Shown in pieces: positions 61,055 to 64,000 of a DNA stretch of 64,000 nucleotides. The notes under the pieces were generated by a model. It ran no database searches. It worked only from the letters and a program-made list of their open reading frames with translations, and was not told the DNA's origin. The stretch covers positions 2,418,001 to 2,482,000 of the forward strand of contig CDRNST010000175.1 in the NCBI GenBank assembly GCA_977016875.1, given 5' to 3'. The DNA comes from Pavona decussata (lineage: Eukaryota). Both the position numbers and the translations under genes were made by a program. Position 1 is the stretch's first letter, and the number at the start of each line of letters is the position of its first letter.

Positions 61055-63771
61055 ATGTTTCGCTTTTTCTTCGTGTTGGCGTTAGGAGTTTTCTTGGCTG
61101 GTTCTTTAGGAAAAACGCAGAAAAAGTCTGCAAATCAGGTAACGCCTGAGAAATGAGTTGGATATATATAGCTAACAATTTTGGAAGCGGTCAGTGAAGT
61201 GGTTTCTTGCACTTTTTGTTTTCAAAAAAACTCTATCATCGTGAATCAAAAACTCGCCTCTAAATTTTGGCGCTGGAACTATTTCTAGAAGGGTATATTC
61301 AATTTGAAAAAGCAAAACTTGGGAGGAACTGATTTATCCAGAATTTAGGAAACCAACTCATACGCCGAATCAGAAGCATATATGCTTCTGGCCGAATTAT
61401 AGTATTCTTTTAACTTAATCCAGTCCCCTGGGCAGGGTAGCACTTTGCGCCCTTCCGCTCACCTCCTTCCCACAAAATGCGCTGCCCAGTCTCCACGCAT
61501 TGTAGAAATGCCTGGCTATAAAGAATTTGTGCTGCAAAGGTTTTGAAGAAACTTACGTTTGGTTAATGTTCGTAAGAGAAAAGAATTTGATATTCAGAAT
61601 ACAAGTATAATTCCAGCGATTTTTAGCGAGGATTAGGGGCTGCATGGTGAAAGATTGTTGGTTGATAATTATACTCAGAGCGGGATTTCTTGGGCCAAGT
61701 AAGGACTATGTAGGACTGTGCGAATTTTTGTCTTCACCACTGTATGAGGAATTGATTATTTTTGTTCTAGTCGGTGTGGAATTTCGTTATGTTTTAAGTG
61801 AGAGAATATTGCATTGCCTTACAATGCAATCAATCTCCCGAATTGCCAAACAAAGTAAACTTGTAATCATAATGGCAGAATCTTATCCATCATTTGGGTG
61901 GCATACGTGTACATGCAGTCTTTTATGTTTCTAAATTATAGACTAATGTACCCACAAGCAAGTCAAAAAGCTGTGGAGCTGTTTCTCAAGCCTGTGGCTG
62001 TAAAGAAGGTAAGTAAATTGAAAATCTTTATATTGTTATTATGGTGAGTGACCAATCAATTCCCCTTGATCTGTTACAAGCAGGGCTTGAACAATCGATG
62101 AAACCGATGATCGGAAGATCAATCGATCAATCGATGACAATCGATGCCAATTAATCGATTGATATTGATAATCGATGAACAATCGATGCACGGTTTTTTG
62201 TGATTATTGATTTCATCGATTATCAAGGCCAATCGATGAGTTAATTGACATCGATGGTCATCGATTGGTTCTCATTTTTGATGCGTTTTATTTTCAGTCA
62301 AGATTTACAAAAAGAATCTAAGTCCAAACTGTGGCCTATAGTTCTCTTGTGACCGGTGGTAACTGTGTTTCGGACGGAGGCTGTACATGTTGTGTTGTTG
62401 GGTTTTTCCCGCGCAGCTCTAAGTTTCTTGATATGGTCTCTCTCACCCATTTAAAAAGGAAGTATCACGAAAATTTGCTGTCATTTCAAAACCCAATAAT
62501 CACGGTTTGACTGTCAGCAGAAACAACGAAATAATTGTCAAGTTTGTTAAAAATTATCACCCCAGTGCAATAAAACTGTCGATTAGTGCCTCTGGCCAGA
62601 GACAGGGTAGACTGGTTTGGATTGAAACTTGAAAAATATTAGGCTAATGTTTTTCAAGTTCTCGCATTTTTGTTTCCAAAATGTGCTAGAACAGATCAGA
62701 AGTAGTTTCTTTCAAGAATTGGGTTGATTTCGTTCCTCTCGTCATTCTAGAATTATTTGGCAGGTGATTGAAGGTCTTATTTCATCATTTTTAACAAAAG
62801 ATATCAAAATGTTTTTTGGCATGTTTACTTTATGCACCTTTGTTGTGACAAAGAAGTAATAAAATGATTACCGAAGCCTATTCACGTTTATTCTGGTTTA
62901 TTTTATTACAATTCAGTATAATTACATCACCCACCATTCAGAGGTCACTCGTCTCCAGTCGCATCTGCATACAAACAATCTGGTGAACGAATTCAAATCT
63001 GAAACATTTGTGCGTACTGCGAGCGCGTATACGTACATGCTGGAACGTGTGGAATACCGAATTTTTTTTAACACCAATCGATGACAATCGATGAGTTGCG
63101 ACCACTTTTGTGTGATTATCGATTGGTCATCGATTGGCCGATGCCAATCGATGCCAATTAACTAACAAGGCATCGATTGTCATTGATTGATCAATTGATT
63201 TTCCGATCATCGGTTTCATCGATTGTTCAAGCCCTGTACAAGTCACTGTTGACCGTTTGATCCCTATTAGGCCCCTTTTTTCAATTTACCATACACGTCT
63301 TCATATCCATTGTAAGATATTTTACTTTAAATTTATGCCTCAGTTTTGTAGCAAACTCTCTCAGCTGCAAAGTGACTGAACATTAAAATGACAGAATGTG
63401 TTCATTTCTTAGGCAGTGACTAAGTTGTCAGTTATTTTAAGGGGGGTGGGGGGTGGGGAGACGCAATGTTGTAGGATTAAACAATTAGTCTGACGTACCA
63501 TGAAAGAACACTTCAGTTTGACAGCAAGATGCAATTAATTCAAAATTCAAATCATGGTGCGCAAAGCACAAAGAGTGGAATGGGTCTTTAACATAGCGCT
63601 GTTGGAATACTCTCTCCGTTTTGGCAGAATTAAGACATTTGCTCATGACAGAATATTTTAAGAATGTGATTGTTTTATATCCTGTGAACTGTGTCTTTGA
63701 CACTGTTCCAAATAATGAATAATATTTCCTTTAATTTTTTGCAGGGAAGGATGGAAAAGATGGGCAAAATG
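61055..63771 (+). CDS. Collagen-stalk / EAR-propeller protein, copy C (3'-partial; continues past the window end)
   Basis: Exons 61055-61138 ([28 protein letters not shown]), 61942-62008 ([22 protein letters not shown]) and 63745-63771 (GKDGKDGQN) are near-identical to copy B exons 1-3, with intact splice sites. Confidence 0.82.
62081..63236. mobile_element. Non-autonomous hAT-like TIR element with a 6-bp TSD
   Basis: 36-bp perfect TIR CAGGGCTTGAACAATCGATGAAACCGATGATCGGAA, dense ATCGAT subterminal repeats, and TACAAG on both sides. Copy B has a single TACAAG at ~37759. Confidence 0.88.
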
Positions 63772-64000
63772 GTGTGTATTTAATAACTTCAATAAAAAAT
63801 GTTATTAAACATAAATACTTAAAGTACATGTAGACTGCATTTACAGCCTGCATCATGTAACCTCAACCTTGTTAAATGTTTCAAGAATCTTCCTGTTTAG
63901 AATTGTGCTACACAAATACTAGCTGTAACTATTGGGTAAATAAAGGCTGGTGTTCACTAGCGACGGAGTCTGAGTCAGAGTCGTAAGCGGAGTCGTAAGA

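Noticed and set aside
62090-62270. CRISPR-like short repeats (ATCGAT clusters; also TAAACGCCGG at 6190-6295 and ACAACGGCCAC at 23245-23410)
   Set aside because: Spacing is irregular, there are no unique spacers or cas genes, and all lie just inside transposon TIRs.
36756-64000. Duplication as an uncollapsed-haplotype assembly artefact
   Set aside because: There are three copies, about 6% nucleotide divergence in the last exon, strongly diverged introns and many copy-specific insertions. An artefact is unlikely, but long reads are needed to exclude it fully.

Overview
This is AT-rich, intron-containing animal genomic DNA. The repeat families and gene style suggest an anthozoan or stony coral, but that is inference. 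The core of the window is a head-to-tail + strand array of at least three paralogues of one spliced gene that the ORF track largely misses: copy A (5' exons upstream of the window, 566-14238), copy B (complete, 36756-54708, 501 aa) and copy C (61055 to beyond the window end). The hand-spliced protein is signal peptide, Cys cluster, about 26 Pro-poor Gly-X-Y triplets on 27-90 nt micro-exons, a second Cys cluster, then seven EAR/EPTP repeats (predicted 7-bladed beta-propeller) on one exon. This is a collectin/ficolin/C1q-type layout with an EAR propeller as the head. Between copies A and B the propeller differs mainly in two loops per blade, with about 46 nonsynonymous and about 13 synonymous changes (hand count). 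Introns and spacers are filled with nested mobile elements: a near-intact BEL/Pao, a decayed Gypsy, L1/Tx1 and L2/CR1-type LINEs, Penelope-like elements with minimal hammerhead ribozymes, hAT, Harbinger, Tc1/mariner and Kolobok-like non-autonomous elements, a tRNA-derived SINE, and a TIR element carrying a HIRAN-domain ORF.
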